A stretch of DNA of 64,000 nucleotides from the human T2T-CHM13v2.0 reference genome, Homo sapiens. A model generated the notes under the pieces. That model worked only from the letters and a program-made list of their open reading frames with translations. It made no database searches and had not been told where the DNA came from. Where the stretch lies: assembly GCF_009914755.1 (NCBI RefSeq), contig NC_060931.1; one strand, given 5' to 3'. Positions 14,310-29,503 of the stretch are shown here, one piece after another. A program made the translations under genes and the position numbers. Positions within the stretch are counted from its first letter, which is position 1; each line of letters opens with the position of its first letter.

Positions 14310-15275
14310 TTCATTATTCATTCAACATATATTTACTAAGATCCTAAGGTGTACTGGCTACTATTTTATGTGTTGGGATGCAAAATCTCTGGCCTGTGCA
14401 GCTTAAACTTCCACTGGGGAGAGACAAGCTAAATAAGAAAATTATGCAGTATTTAAAAAGTGGTAAGTAGAATAGAAAATGAAAACACTACAGCAAGCTA
14501 AAGCAAATCAGGAGTAAGTGGTGAGGAGGTGAAATTTAAATAGGGTCAGCAGCTTAGATCTCATTAAAAGGTGACATCAGAGGAAAAACGTGAAAGAGGT
14601 GACAGAGAAATGGACAAACAGACCTAGGGAAAGAAGGTTCCAGACACAGGGCACAGCCAGTGCAAAGGCTGATGGCAGAAGCAATGCCTGGTGTGGTCGA
14701 GGCTGGGCACAGGGGCTGCAGAGCTGAGTTGGGGGGTGCACAAGGAAAGATGAGGCCAGAGAGACAGCAGGGGTCATGTCCAGTAGTATGTTGCGGGTTT
14801 GGTTTGTTTTCGTTTTTGGTAAGAATCTTGCTTTTTCTAAGAGGAGTGGGTTGGTATTAAAGTTATTTACAGTGTCATGATCTTACTTTCATTGTTAGAG
14901 GATCCTCTGTTTGCTATGTTGAGAAGATGTAGCACCAAGGATAAAAGTAGAGAGAACAGGAGGCTCTCACAATATCCAGGCATGAGACCACAGTGGCTTG
15001 ATCCGGGATAGAACTAGTGGTGATGGAGGGAAGGGGTCCACTTCCAGATATATTCAGAAGGTAGAACAAACAGGGATCTCCCGATAGATTAGATGTAGGG
15101 TATGGAAGAAAGGAAGGAGTCAAGCATAACTTCAAAAATTTTGACCCATGCAAGTCAAAGGACGGGGCTGCCAGAAACTGAGATGAAGCAAGTCCAGGCT
15201 GGGGAGAAGAGCAGGCAATCAGTTTGGAAAACATTAAATACAAAATACTTCTTTTAATATATCTAGTGGCTAGAA
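14310..15275 (-). mobile_element. LINE-2 fragment (3' region)
   Basis: cattcaacatatatttactaag (L2 3' end, antisense) followed by L2-like gcacagccagtgcaaaggc and gatagattagatgtaggg...gagtcaag segments. Confidence 0.75.
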
Positions 15276-16145
15276 CCAAGTAAATTCAAATATTCTCTCA
15301 GTCATCCAAAATAATTAGCTATGTACACACACACACCTCTTTGCCTGTGAATATTCTGATTTCTCTGCCTAAGATGCCCTTTTACCTCCTTTCAGTCTGG
15401 CAAACTTCTAATTATTTTCCAAGAGCCAGGTCAAAAACCACTTCCTCTGTGGTGATTTTAACAACTTTCCTAGGAAGAGGTAGCCATGGCTACCTCTGTT
15501 CTTCAACAGCGTTTGGTAGCTGCTGAAACTCCAGCACCCAACCCATACTGCACTGTAAGGTTTTGCTTGCAGGTTCCTCTTTCTTCTGAACTGAAAATCC
15601 ATAAGCTCCAGGTGCATGGATCATTGAGGTGTCCCCTAGTGTATTAATTAGGATAAGTCATGCCTGTCATGTACATGTTTGCTGAATGAATAAATAAACA
15701 ATACTAATATTTGCCACCATCTTTCACTTTTTCAAGGCATTCTGACTTATTACCTCATTTTCTCTCCATAATAATCCTGAGAAGAAAGGGCAGCATTGTT
15801 TATGTCAGCAGGGAAAATGAAGCTCAGAGAGCTTGACTTGCCCAAGGTCATGTTATTTCATGGCAGACTGATCTCCAGCCAAAGCCTCCTCCTGTCTCTT
15901 TGTCCAGTGCTTTTTCCACTAGACCGTGCCACTTCCACTGCCACAGGGTCTGGTCATGCTGCCAACATCAGCACCCTCCCTGCCATTACATACATCTTGT
16001 GTTTGGGAAATCTAGACCTTGCATGGCACTGTGGCAAAGGCTTCAGCAGCTCCTCAACAATTGACTACTGTCTTTAGTTTTGATCATGATTCATAATTCC
16101 TGTCAAAAGAGCAGAGGACAGTAATGGCATCAAATTCACAGGACT

Positions 16146-16491
<346 letters not shown>

Positions 16492-17268
16492 TTATTTCCA
16501 AAAGTTAGTTTTAAAAGATTTATTCAGGGCTATGCAAGCCAAACCAAAAGGTAGAGGTAAGGGTAACTTGGCTTTTGTGAGTCAAGCTGTTTTAAGTACC
16601 AGTCACTTCTTTGCCCAACCTGTCAAAGTTTTAAAGTTATCAGATAGGTGCAAGTTCCAAAGGTTAGCAGGGGAGGGAAGAAGACAGGCAATGCTGCTAA
16701 GAAAGGTATTCAGGATTTTAGTGGACAGCCACTTGTGTTAGCAGTTGCTGGATTTGTTTGGATCACTGTTTTGCATGGATTGTCCTTACAGAATGTTTAC
16801 CGTCTCAACCACTAAATCTTTATCCTATGTCCACTATGTCAGCTATTCTACAAGCTTTAAAAGAGGATAAGGAATAAAGAAAAGGTTAATGTCATTGATC
16901 CTTTAATATGGATTACTTAAAATGCAATTAATGGCTATTTCCACTGACTCTTCAGAGACAAGATTAGAATCCTGTAAATTATGCCAAATCATATGTTCTT
17001 CTTGTTCGAAGAATTGGTGTAACAAGACTATGGATTTCTACGAAACAGTAAGCAGGAGCATAAGCATAAGCATCTTTGCTCCAACCCTAAGTGGCTAGCT
17101 GGAACAATGGAGGATTCTCAAAGTTATAAAAAACCCAGTAAATGGACATGTTGAAAATTTGTTGACATACTTTGAGTATTTAGTGTGCACACTGAAGAGG
17201 AAATCGAAGTGTTCTCTCACACTGCAATACAGACATGGGGAAAAAAAGAAGCAGAAAAACTGGAGTCT

Positions 17269-17627
17269 TGGGCGAGGTGGCTCTCGCCTGTAATCCCAGC
17301 ACTTCGGGAGGCCGAGGAGGGCAGATCACTTGAGATCAAGAGTTCGAGACCAACCTGGTCAATATGTGAAACCCCATCTCTATTAAAAATATAAAAATCA
17401 GCCAAGTGTGGTGGTACGCACCTATAGTCCTAGCTACTAGGAAGCATGAGACAGGAGGATGGCTGGAACCTGGGAGGCAGAGGTTGCCGTAAGCACCACT
17501 GCACTCCAGCCTGGGTGACAGAGTGAGACTCTGAAAAAAGAAAGAGAGAGAGAGAGAAAGAGAAAGAGAAAGAGGAGAAAGAGAAAGAGAAGGAGAAGGA
17601 GAAGGAGGAGAAAGAGAAAAAGAGAAA
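17269..17627 (+). mobile_element. Alu with expanded GA-rich tail
   Basis: Alu body 17269-17532 and a purine-only tail; 16-bp TSD agaaaaactgga(g/c)tct at 17253-17268 and 17628-17643. Confidence 0.93.
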
Positions 17628-18112
17628 AGAAAAACTGGACTCTGTCCATTTTGTGTTTTGGCCCAAAGATAAAATAATTTCAACCAAATGTTTCCTGAAG
17701 TACCCATAAGCAGGCCTAATCATACTTGGAGCAAGAGTGCAAATGGAGGCTCTCTTTGTTCCCACCCATCCCAGTCCTGCTTCTGTGCTTCTGTGTGTAG
17801 AATCCCAGCTTGAAGGTCCAAGCTTTCCAAGCATTGTCTTCCATATCCCCTCAACTCCCAATACCTTGAGATTGCACGCCCCCACCCCGCAACCCAGCTA
17901 CCTCCTAACTACCCCTCCAGCCTGTGGGTGTACACACTTGTAGCAGTCAGTCCTCTGAGACCCATTCAGGTCTTGGATATAGGCTCTGGCTCTAAGACAG
18001 GGAATCCCAGGGTCTCTAGTACCTGGATCAAGGTCTAGAAAATTGCTCCCCAAAGTGTGGTTTGGGAGACCAGCAGCACTGTTATCACCTGAGAGATTAT
18101 TAGACATGAACC

Positions 18113-18523
18113 TCACGTTGAAATTTGATCCCCAATATGGGGGATTATTGGCCCCAATTATTCAGGCCTAAAGGAAGGTTTCTGGGTCACAGGGGCAGAT
18201 CTCTAGTGAATTGGCTAATGCTCTCCCTTGGGATGACCTTTCACTGTATTAGTTCCCTCAAGAGCTGGTTGTTAAAAAGAGCCTGGTGCCTTCCCCCTAC
18301 CCTCTTGCTTGCCTTCTCACCATGTGATCTCTCTGCACATGGGAGCTCCCTGTTGCCTCCCACCATGAGTGGAAGCAGTCAAGGCCCTCACCTGAAACTG
18401 AGCAGATGCCAGCACCAAGCTTCTTGTATAGCCTGCAGAACCGTGAGCCAAATAAATCTCTTTACTTTATAAATTACCCAGCCTCAAGTATTCCTTTGTA
18501 GCAACACAAAATGGACTAAAACA
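18113..18523 (+). mobile_element. MaLR LTR (MST-like), adjacent to a MER5-like hAT fragment (~18035-18112)
   Basis: gttgaaatttgatcccc...cagcctgcagaaccgtgagccaaataaatctc...acccagcctcaagtattcctttgtagcaacacaaaatggactaaaaca. Confidence 0.85.
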
Positions 18524-19184
18524 TCATGTATGTGTTTCAAATGTATTCCTAGGCCCATCCATTCTGACGAATGAGCCTTCACAAACACACACAGTGTTAT
18601 GAAGGGAACTTCTGGCATAATGGAGTGAGGAAGTTGACAAATACTCTCCCTAGATAGCCATCATACAACGGGACAAAACTGTCAAAAAATCATTTGATTG
18701 CTCTAGAAATTGACCAAAGGAACTCAAAAATCTGAACAGCATTTATTTATGACAACTATTGAACTCAGGGTCACAACAGTGAGTCTGTGGCAGTGATTTT
18801 GCCTGCATCTGCTTCCATCCCACAACCCCCATCCCCGGCTCTGTCATTAGGTAATTCACTCAACCAGGGCAGGACAGACTGTGAAAAACAGCAGCTTCAC
18901 TGCACCTGCCAAAGGAGGCTCACTTGATTAGAGCATTCACAGTTTAAGTTTTTACTGGAAAGCAAATAAGAACACCAGCAGTTTAGATAGACTGAAACTG
19001 TTTGTTTGGAGAAAACAAAAAACTAGTGGATCAATCAGAGATTTATCAGAGAGTTCCAGCAGGTAAACCAAACACAGAGGGCTAGAAAAAGTGCTTCACA
19101 TATACTGAGTTGACCAGGGCCACACAAATGTGTAGAAGAGACCTCAGGGGCCTAAGCCACCTACATACCCATGGCCAATGGAAT

Positions 19185-19186
<2 letters not shown>

Positions 19187-19228
<42 letters not shown>
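19187..19228 (+). repeat. (AC)21 microsatellite
   Basis: Direct reading. Confidence 0.98.
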
Positions 19229-19230
<2 letters not shown>

Positions 19231-20224
19231 CACAAGAGAGGACAGCTGAATGTAAGAGCTGGGAGAAGACTTGAAAATGACATAAAGTTTGAATGTACTC
19301 TCCAGCCACACACAAAACCATGAGCAGAGAGTGGAAGCCTTATTGGCTGGAGGTATTTGAGTCCAACTTTTGGTCAGTTATTGACTGACTACTGAACTAT
19401 GCAGACACAGGGGCAAACCTTAAGAAACCAGGCTAATTTTTTTTTAAGTAAAAAAAGAAACTGAGTGGAGACATCAGCAATTGCACATTGCAGGGAAGAC
19501 ATGCCACAGATTTACTACAAACAAGTTACTAAACAAACAATAGCAACAGCTACAAATTTCTCAGGGTAGAGAAAAGCAGAAACCACAGTTACCACTACAT
19601 ATCTAAAATGTCAGTAGTCAATAATAACAACAAAAATTACGAGACAAGTAAAGAAAAAGAAAGTGTGACTCATACATGGTAGGAAAAAAAAAAACTATCA
19701 ATAGAAAATGTCCCTGAGCAGTCCTAAACAGACTTAGCAGACAAAGACTTCTAATCAGCTATTATAAATATGTTCCGAAACTAAAGAAAACCATGTTTAA
19801 AAATTAAAGGAAAATCTGATGCCAATTTCTCAACTAATAGATAATCTCAAATTTTTTTAAAGAAAACAATTGAATGGGAAATTTTGGAGTTGAAAAGATC
19901 GATACCTGAAATGAAAATTTCTCTACAGGCACTCATAGCAAATTTGAGAAGGCAGAAGAAGAAATTAGTGAACTAGAAAACAGATCAACAGAAATTATCT
20001 AATTTGAAAAACACAGAGGAAAAAGTTTTAAGAAAAATAAGCAGAGTCTCAGAAACCCATGGGACAACATCAAGCACACCAAATAAGTACCATGGTAGTT
20101 CCAAAAGCAGAGGAGAGGGGGAGAAGAGTGGGTCGAAAAATACTTGACAAATAATAGTTGAAAATCTCCCAAATTTGATGAAGCATACTAATATACAGAT
20201 CTAAGAAGTTCAACAAACACTAGT

Positions 20225-20400
20225 CAGGAACAACAGACACTGGGTCCTGGCTGAGGGTGAAGAGTGAGAGGAGGAAGAGGAAAAGGAAAATGGTTATTAG
20301 GCTTAATACCTGAGTGATGAAGTAATCGGTACAACAAACCCCTGTGACACGACTTCACCTATATAATAAACCTGCACATGTACCCCTGAACTTAAACTAA
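20225..20400 (+). mobile_element. Old primate L1P (L1PA13-16-like) 3' end nested in L1M
   Basis: aacaacagacactggg...gcttaatacctgagtgatgaa...acctgcacatgtacccctgaacttaaa; TSD-like aaac(a/t)ctagt at 20215-20224 and 20400-20409. Confidence 0.8.
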
Positions 20401-20500
20401 AACTCTAGTAAGATAAACACAGAGATCTATATCTGGGCACATCAAAGTCAAACTGTTGAGAATCGAAAGGCACAGTAAATCTTAAAAGCAGCAAGATATT

Positions 20501-21290
<790 letters not shown>

Positions 21291-21443
21291 TAGTATATTC
21301 AGCTCACTGTTCACATCACAATGTTTAAAAAATAAAACACTACAAATACTTTTTAAAAAGAAAGCAGCAAGAAAAAAATGACTACCTACAGTGAAATGAC
21401 AATCCAAATAATTTATGACCTCTTATCAAAAATAAGGGGAGGC

Positions 21444-22250
21444 AACCCTTGCATACACTGTTGGTGGGAATGTAAATTAATACATCTGATATGTATAACA
21501 GTTTGGAGGTTCCTCACAAAGCTAAAAATAAAGCTACTAAAAGATCCACCAATCCCACTGCTGGGTATATACCCAAAAGAAAGGAAATCAGTATATTGAA
21601 GAGATATCCGCATTCCCATGTTTATTGCAGCACTGTTCACTATAGCCAAGACTTGAAGGCAACCTAAGTGTCCATCAACAGATGAATGGATTAAAAAAAT
21701 GTTGTACTCATACACGATGGAGTACTATTCAACCATAAAAAAGGATGAGATCCTGTCATTTGCAACAACATGGGTGGAACTGAAGGTCATTATGTTAAGT
21801 GAAATCAGCCAGGCGCAGAAAGGCAAACATCACATGTTTTCACTTATATGTGGGATCTAAAAAATCAAAACAATTGAACTCATGGACATAGAAAGTAGGA
21901 GGATGGTTACCAGAGGCTAGGAAGAGTGGGAAGTGGGGGAAATGGGTAGGGGAGAGGTGGAGATGGTTAATGGGTACAAAACAAATAGAAAGAATGAATA
22001 AGACCTATTATTTGATAGCACAACAGAGTGAATATATTCAATAATAATTTTACTGCATATCTTAAAATAACTAAAAGAGTATAATTAGATAGTTTGTAAC
22101 ACAAAGGATAAATGCTTGAGGGGACAGATGTTCCATTTTTCATGATAAGATTATTACACATTGCATGCCTGAATCAAAACATCTCATGTACCTCATAACT
22201 ATACACACCTACTATGTAGCCGCAAAAATTAAAAATTTAAAAACAAAACA
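21444..22250 (+). mobile_element. L1MA-type 3' fragment nested in L1M
   Basis: aacccttgcatacactgttggtgggaatg...gatccaccaatcccactgctgggtatatacc...aaaaattaaaaatttaaaa; degenerate TSD ending ggaggc (21438-21443 and 22260-22265). Confidence 0.88.
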
Positions 22251-24223
22251 AAAAACAACGGAGGCCTGAAGGCCGTAGAATAAAATAATCAAACTACTGA
22301 AAGAAAAAAATCTGTCAATCAAGACTATATCCCACTATGATCCTTCGAAAACAAAGCACAAAAAAAACACATTTCCATGTAAACAAAGATTTTATAAAGC
22401 AATACTTAGAGCACTAAATGGAGTATTCATACATATGTAAATGTAATATAAATGACAATAATAGCATAAAAGAGTGGGGGAGGAAAAGGAGATGTATTGA
22501 AGTAAAGCTTTTATATTTTATTAGAATTAAGTTAGTATTATTCTGAAGTAAAGTAAAATAAGATGCACATTATAATGACTAGAGCAACCATTCAAAAATA
22601 GTTCAAGAAAAAAAGAATAAAAACAAATTACTGAAACCAACTCAAGGAGACATGGAAAATCCAAATAGGCCTATAAGAAGTAAAAAAAAAAAAAATTAAT
22701 TAATTAATTAAGAATTTAAAATATTCCCAAAAGAAAAATTCAGGCCCAGATGGCTTCACTGGTGAATTCTACTCTTCCACAAACTTTTTCAAAAAACAGA
22801 AGCGAGAACACTTCCCAACACAATCTATAAGGCCAGTTTTACTCTGGTAACAAAATCAGACCAAGGCATTATAAGACCAGAAAACTACATATCAACATCC
22901 CTAAGGAACACAGAAGCAAATATCCTAAAATATTAACGATCTGAATTCGGCAGCACATAAAAAGCATTGTACAATATGACCAAGTGGGATGTATTGCAGA
23001 AGTTTAACATCCAAAAATCAATTAATATACTACATTAATAGAATAAATGACAAAAATCACATTATAGTTTTAAAAGATGCAGAAAATGCATTTAACAAAA
23101 TCCCTTTCATGATAAAAAAAATCTCAACAAGCTAGAATAGAAGTAAATTTCTCAACTAAATAAATGACTTCTATTAAAAAATCTACAGTTAACATACCTA
23201 ATATGAAAGGGTGAAAGCTTTCCCCCTAAGATTGGGAACAACGTAAGGATGTCCACTCTTACCACTTCTATTCAACACTGTATTGGAGCTTCTAGTTAGT
23301 ACAATAAGGAACATAAAAATCAATGGCATCAAAATCAGAAAGGAAGAGTCAAAATTGTCTTTATTCAGAGATGACACAAATGTAGGAAATCCTGAGAAAT
23401 CCATTTTTAAAGACTACTAGAATTAATAAACAAGTTTAGCAAGATACAGGATGTAAGGTCAATTTTCTTTCTATACATCACTAACAAACGATCTAAAATG
23501 ATATGAAGGAAATAATTCCATCACAATAGCACCACAAAAAATAAAATACTTTAAAATAAATTTAACAAAAAAATGCAAGATTTTACATCAAAAATTCAAA
23601 GCATTGTTAAGAGAACATGAAGAAAATCTAAATAAATAGACATTAAATGTTATGAATTGGAAGATTTGATATTAAGGTAGCAATTCTTCCCAAGTTCATC
23701 TATTGATTTAATGTACTACCTACCAAAATCTTAGCACTTTTTTCCATGAAATTAACAAGTTGACCTTAAAATGTATATGGAAAACTCTTAAGAGAAAACA
23801 TGTGAGTAAATTTTTGTGAAGTTGAGTGAGGAGATAAATTATTAGATACAACACCAAAAGCACAAGCAACAAAAGAAAAAACAACTACATTGAACTTAAC
23901 AAAATGAAAAACTTTTTCCCTCAAAGGGCATATCAAGAAAGTAAAAAGACAACCCACAAAATAGGAGAAACATATTCACAAGCCATATATTTGATAAGGA
24001 ACTTGTATCCAGAAAATATTTTTACAAAACAAACTCAATAATCAGAAGATAAATGACTCCGTTCTAAAAACCGGCAAAACATTTAGACATTTCACCAAAG
24101 AAGATACACCAATAGCTATGAGAATATGCTCCACGTTATTAGCCATTAGGGGAGTGCAAGTAAAACTACCATGAAATACCACTCCATGGTCACTAGAATG
24201 GACATAATAAAAAAGACAGGCAA

Positions 24224-24504
24224 GCCGGGCATGGTGGCTTACGCCTGTAATCTCAGCACTTTGGGAGGCTGAGGCAGGTGGATCACCTGAGGTCAGGAGT
24301 TTGAGACCAGCCTATCTCTACTAAAAATACAAAATTAGCTGGCTGTGGTGGTGCATGCCTGTAATCCCAGCTACTAGGGAGGCTGAGGCAGGAGAATCAC
24401 TTGAACCCGGAGGCAGAGGTTGCAGTAAGCCGAGATTGCGCCATTGCACTCCAGCCTGGGTGACAGAGCAAGACTCCGTCACAAAAAAAAAAAAAAAAAA
24501 AAAA
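24224..24504 (+). mobile_element. AluS with ~20-bp internal deletion, nested in L1M
   Basis: gagaccagcct|atctctactaaaa lacks the consensus ggccaacatggtgaaacccc; TSD gacaggcaa on both sides. Confidence 0.93.
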
Positions 24505-26254
24505 GGACAGGCAATACTAAAGATTGGCAAGGATGTCAAGAAGCTGGAACCCTCAGGCATTCCTGGTTGGGAAAGTAAAATGATACAGCCACTTTAAAAA
24601 ATAGTTTGGTAATGTCTTAAATCAGAAATATAAATATACCATACAAGCCAGCAATTCCACTAGTATCTATCAAAGACAAATGAAAACATAGGGACACATA
24701 AGGACTTGTACGCTAATATTCATAGCAACATTATTAATAATAGTCTCAAATTGGAAACAGTCCATATGTCTATCCACTGGTGAATACGTAAACTCAATGT
24801 GGTATCTACATACCAGGGAATACCACTGATACGTGTTACAACATGGAGAACCCTCAAAAACATTATGCTACCTCAAAGAAGCCAGACACAAAAGATTCTA
24901 TAGTATATGGTTCCATTAATATGAAATGTCCAGAAAAGGCATATACCTTAATAAAGTTGTAAAATATATTTTACAACAAAATGTTGTCCATAGTACCATA
25001 ATTCCATTTTTTAATTTGGGTTACATTTTTTTTTCATTAAATGAATTAAGCCGAGGACTTAAGGAACTGATCCAACAGAAAAAAAGTTTTCTACATTCAT
25101 CAACCATACCCTTTATAATTTGTTACACCAATTAATTTACAGTAATCACTTCAGACACAAGAACACAGCAGTCAACTTTTCCATTAGTTGGGTTTTACTC
25201 CTCTGTCAGCTTTCTTAGTAATGAATGGAGGCTCACTTACATTCAAAGATTTCACACTTCCAAAGACAATCTAAAGGTAACTCTACTGATTGCTCTGCTA
25301 GGGAGTGGCTCCATTTTGAGCTTCCCTCAAACAAAGTATGAGCAAAAATGTTTAGTCACATGAAGCCTCCATTTTGCCAGCTGCACACTTCCAAAAATTT
25401 ATTCACCCAAAGGTCAGAAGCGGTGAGTTCTGGAGTTCTTTATGGTGTCCTGGGAATGCCTTTCAAGTCTCTGGCTGCTCACAATATTTTTGTGTGTGCT
25501 GAACTGTTATCTAAAACGAAGTATTTCCTAATTTCAGCCTACTCTGAGAACCTTCAGCTTTTAAAGAGCTTGCTGTATAAAAAACACAACAGGCCTCTGT
25601 AATTCTACTTCAGGTGCGATCTGGACACCATGAAGCACTGCAAATTCTCTAAGGGGATGCCCGTTAATGTCAACTGGATGGTTATCTTGTAGGTTTGTTG
25701 TTCTTAAGCCCAAACTTAACTGTTACCATGGAAATAAAACACAAAAGGAGTTGTCCATCCTGGAAAATAAAAACCTTTAGAATTCTCATTCAAGGAGTTA
25801 ATGTTAAATATGGGAGAAACTCTTCTGCATAATGTTTTTGTGAAAAATAAATTTTTTTCCTTGAGAATATGCAAAAGTTATCTTACTATGTAACACTTGG
25901 ACCCCCCAACATATAAACAAAATTTTAAAACTAATAATGTACATAATTTTAAAAATTAGGGTCATTTGCTTTTTGCAATCCTATTGACTAAAACAGCCAC
26001 AATATCAGATTGCTCAAAGAACTTTAGAAGCTTTTTTCAATTAGTCAAGGATGCAATTACATTACCTGAATGTGCTGTAGATTAGATTAGACTATCTACA
26101 CTTTCCTAAATAGCATCTTCAGGACTCAGTTCTCTATACAACATTCCCCTTAGAAGTTTGGGTCATAACTGTAACTCTCACCATGCAGAAGCTAAAAGTC
26201 CATTTCCTTGTTATATATCATAGTAGGATGACACAGTAATGTGCAGGAATTACG

Positions 26255-26670
26255 ACTGAGGGATAAGGGTCAAATTCCTTGGGTTAGAATCCTAGCTCTG
26301 CAACTTAGCAGCTATGTTATTTTAATCAGCTAAACTCCCTAAGCCTCAGTTTCCTCATCTATAAAATGAGTATAATAGCATAAAGCAGGGTTGGAAAACT
26401 TTGACCGTGGGCCAAATCTGGCCTGCCGCCAATTTTGAAAAGAAAGTTTTACATGGCCATGCCTGTTCATTTACATAGTGTCTATGAGAATTTTTGGAGA
26501 TATCAAATAGCCTAAAATGCCTACATATTTGTACTATCTCGCCCTTCATAGAAACAATTTGCTAGCTTCTCATATAAAGGGTTTTTGTGAAGATTAGATG
26601 TGATCATTCATTAAAGTGTTCCATATAGGTAAGCAACTAATAAATGGCAGGGATTATTGTTATTTATTAA
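26255..26670 (+). mobile_element. MIR interrupted by MER58A (26387-26570)
   Basis: MIR core aagcctcagtttcctcatctataaaatg, then cagggttggaaaactt...gggccaaatctggcctgccgcc (MER58A); MIR resumes at tgtgaagattagatg. Confidence 0.75.
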
Positions 26671-28514
26671 TAGTAATAAGTTATAAAAATCATTGTGATC
26701 TCATTTCCTAAAATTCAGAGAGACAACTTTACATATAATACCTCGGGAGCAGGCTGCCCATACAGTAATACCTTGGGATCAGTAGGCTCAGCCCCCTTTT
26801 TTTGATGAATTGGTCATGGAGGTGGCTGAGGTGGTATGATCACAGGATGTGATGTGCAGCTGTCAGTGCAGGGCAGAGAGCCCGGTGAGTCACAGACAGC
26901 AGCTGCCACGAGTCATCCATTCCAAGTAATTGATACTCTGCCATTCTGTGATGGAGGATCTCTTGGTCACAGGTGTATAACACATGCATATTCGTGATTG
27001 GCCCCACTCCTAACTGTGTAGAGGAGACCAAAGAGGGAGTGGGGAGGGCTGGAATTATGCTTACACGATGACCAGAGCAGGTGCAGGTAGCCACAACACA
27101 GCCTATTTCCATTTTCCAGGCAGTAACTGGTTTCCCAAGATGTATTCTGTTGTCCAGAACAGGGAATAAGATGGGGTGGTCTAGTACATAAAATTCTAAA
27201 ATGTGAGTTTGATGTAAGAAAATATAGATTAACCATTCAAAGTAGTAAAAGCTGGTGATTACCAGCTGGTGATTTACCACAGAACTGGCATCACTGGTCC
27301 CATGTTAGTACATCTGCAAAATGACTTTGGTCAATCACCAAATATGACAGTGTTATCCACAAATCTTTCAAACTGTCCTTAGAACACCGTCTTTCAAGGC
27401 AAATATTTAAAAGATCTAAAGAGCTCATACTGAAACAGTGATATTCAGATACAAACTATCGCCTGTACTCTCTGCTCCTGTCTAGGGCCTTAAACATGTC
27501 AATCAATTTTCACCTCACTTCCTTGTGTGTTAAAAAGAAGCTGCGAGAATATGCATAATAAAAATAGCCATAATTCAAAATTGTTTCCTGCTGGATGTTG
27601 GTAGATTCTCATTAGTTGTAGTTGCTCCTGTCAGGATCATAAATAAATTTATGTCTGTAGCACGGAAAGAACATATTCACCAGGAGGAAACCTCAAATTG
27701 GCAAATGGTCCATGTATTAAAATGAGATCAGTGAATGACACAAACTCAGAATTGTAAAGTTCTCAGTGTTCATCCCAAGAATCTTCCTACCAAACAATCT
27801 CGTTGCTATTATTTAAAACAATTAGACCTTTTTTTTTTGTATGTCACAGTTCATTAAATGCCATACACATGACATTAATAGGTAAGGTCATTTCCCTGGA
27901 GGAGCTCACCATCCAAGACAGACAAGGCTGCCGCTGGTGGGAATGAAGAACAGACATTCACACCAAATGGGGAGACATCATAAAGGACCAGCTGAAATGG
28001 TTTTAGAGTTCACAGTATATTCAAATTAATATTCAAGTTGAATCAAAGCTCTTGACAATTCTGTTTCTCCAAATAGACAGTGGTGCTGCCTGATTATAGC
28101 TAGCTGCAAAATTCTCCACAATGCCATTTTTACCCTGCCCCACTGAAGGCTGAAGTTGTCTAAGAGATAGCTCATTCAAGGCTTTGCTTTCCTCAGCTTG
28201 AGTAAACATCAGCAACTGTAACATTTTTCATGTTGAAAGAAACCTTCTGACTACACAGCCTTGGCACCTGTAGAGACTTAAACAAAATATGTGCCCTTAA
28301 GTTACCAGGTGATGAAAATTTACACTTGATGGAGGCAGCAAAGTTGCAGCTGATTATAATCGAAAAAGGTAATCAACTAATTAAACTACCAACTTCAAAC
28401 ATTTGTCCAGGTAATAAAATTAATACCCTCTTCACCACTCCCAGCATCTCTGTGCCTTAATTCAAGGAATAACTTTCTAAATAGCCAATTATTATATATG
28501 TATTCCTTTGGTAC

Positions 28515-28648
28515 ACAAAGTATACAGATATAGATAGATAGATACATACATACATACATACATACATACATACATACATAGATACAGGTGTAGGTATAGA
28601 TTCAGATATAGATATAGATGATGAGATAGAGAGAGAGAGAGATAGGGA
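28515..28648 (+). repeat. Compound (TAGA)/(TACA)/(GA) simple repeat
   Basis: Direct reading. Confidence 0.92.
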
Positions 28649-28975
28649 TACAATTGGCCTTCTGTATCCCTGGGTTTTGCATCTGTAGATTCAACCAATC
28701 ACTGATGGAAAATATCCTTAAATAAATAAATAAATAAAACAATGCAACAATTTAAAATAATATAAATTTTAAAACAATATAGTGTAAGAACTATTTACAT
28801 AGCATTTACATTGTAATCTAGAGATGATTTTAAGTATATGGAAGGATGTATGTAGGTTATACGCAAATACTACACCGTTTTATATCAGAGACTTGAATAG
28901 CCTCTGATTTTGATATCCTGGGGGTAAGGGGGTGGTCTGAGAACCAATCTTCCTTGGATACTGAGGGATGACTCT
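28649..28975. mobile_element. MER2 (Tigger-family MITE)
   Basis: caattggccttctgtatccctgggttttgcatctgtagattcaacc...ggatactgagggatgact with inverted termini. Confidence 0.85.
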
Positions 28976-29073
28976 ATAGACATAGCTATATGACACAGAG
29001 GTATGGGAAAGCTGTATTCTCTTTTTTTTTGGTAAGAAATAGGTTTAGAAACAGATGAACTATTATTGTATTC

Positions 29074-29503
29074 TGTATTAGTTTGCCGGGGCTGCTGTAA
29101 CAAAGTACCACAAAATGGAGGCTTACACAACAGAAGTTTATTATTTCACAGTTCTGGAGACAGGAAGTCCAAGATCCAGGTGTCCGCAGGGTTGGTCCCT
29201 TCCAAGGGCTGTGAGAGAGAATCTGTTCCATGCATCTCTCCTGGCTTCTAGTGGTTTGCTGGCAACCTTTGGCCATTTTTGGTTTGTAGATCTCTGTCTT
29301 CATTTCCACAGGCCTTCTTCTACTCTGCCTATCTCCAAATTGCCTCTTTTTATAAGGACACTAATCATATATGGATTGGGGCCTAACCTAATTATCTCAC
29401 TTTAACTATAAAGACCCTGTCTGCAAATAAGGCCACATTCTCAGGCACTGGGGGTTGAGACTTCAACATATGAATTTTAAAGGACATAATTCAATCCATA
29501 ACA
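29074..29503 (-). mobile_element. MLT1C-like MaLR LTR
   Basis: tgtattagtttgccggggctgctgtaacaaagtaccacaaa...gacttcaacatatgaattt...aattcaatccataaca. Confidence 0.88.

Noticed and set aside
21378-23957. L1-derived short ORFs suggesting a retrotransposon protein
   Set aside because: Heavily decayed and fragmented L1 remnants; no intact ORF1 or ORF2.
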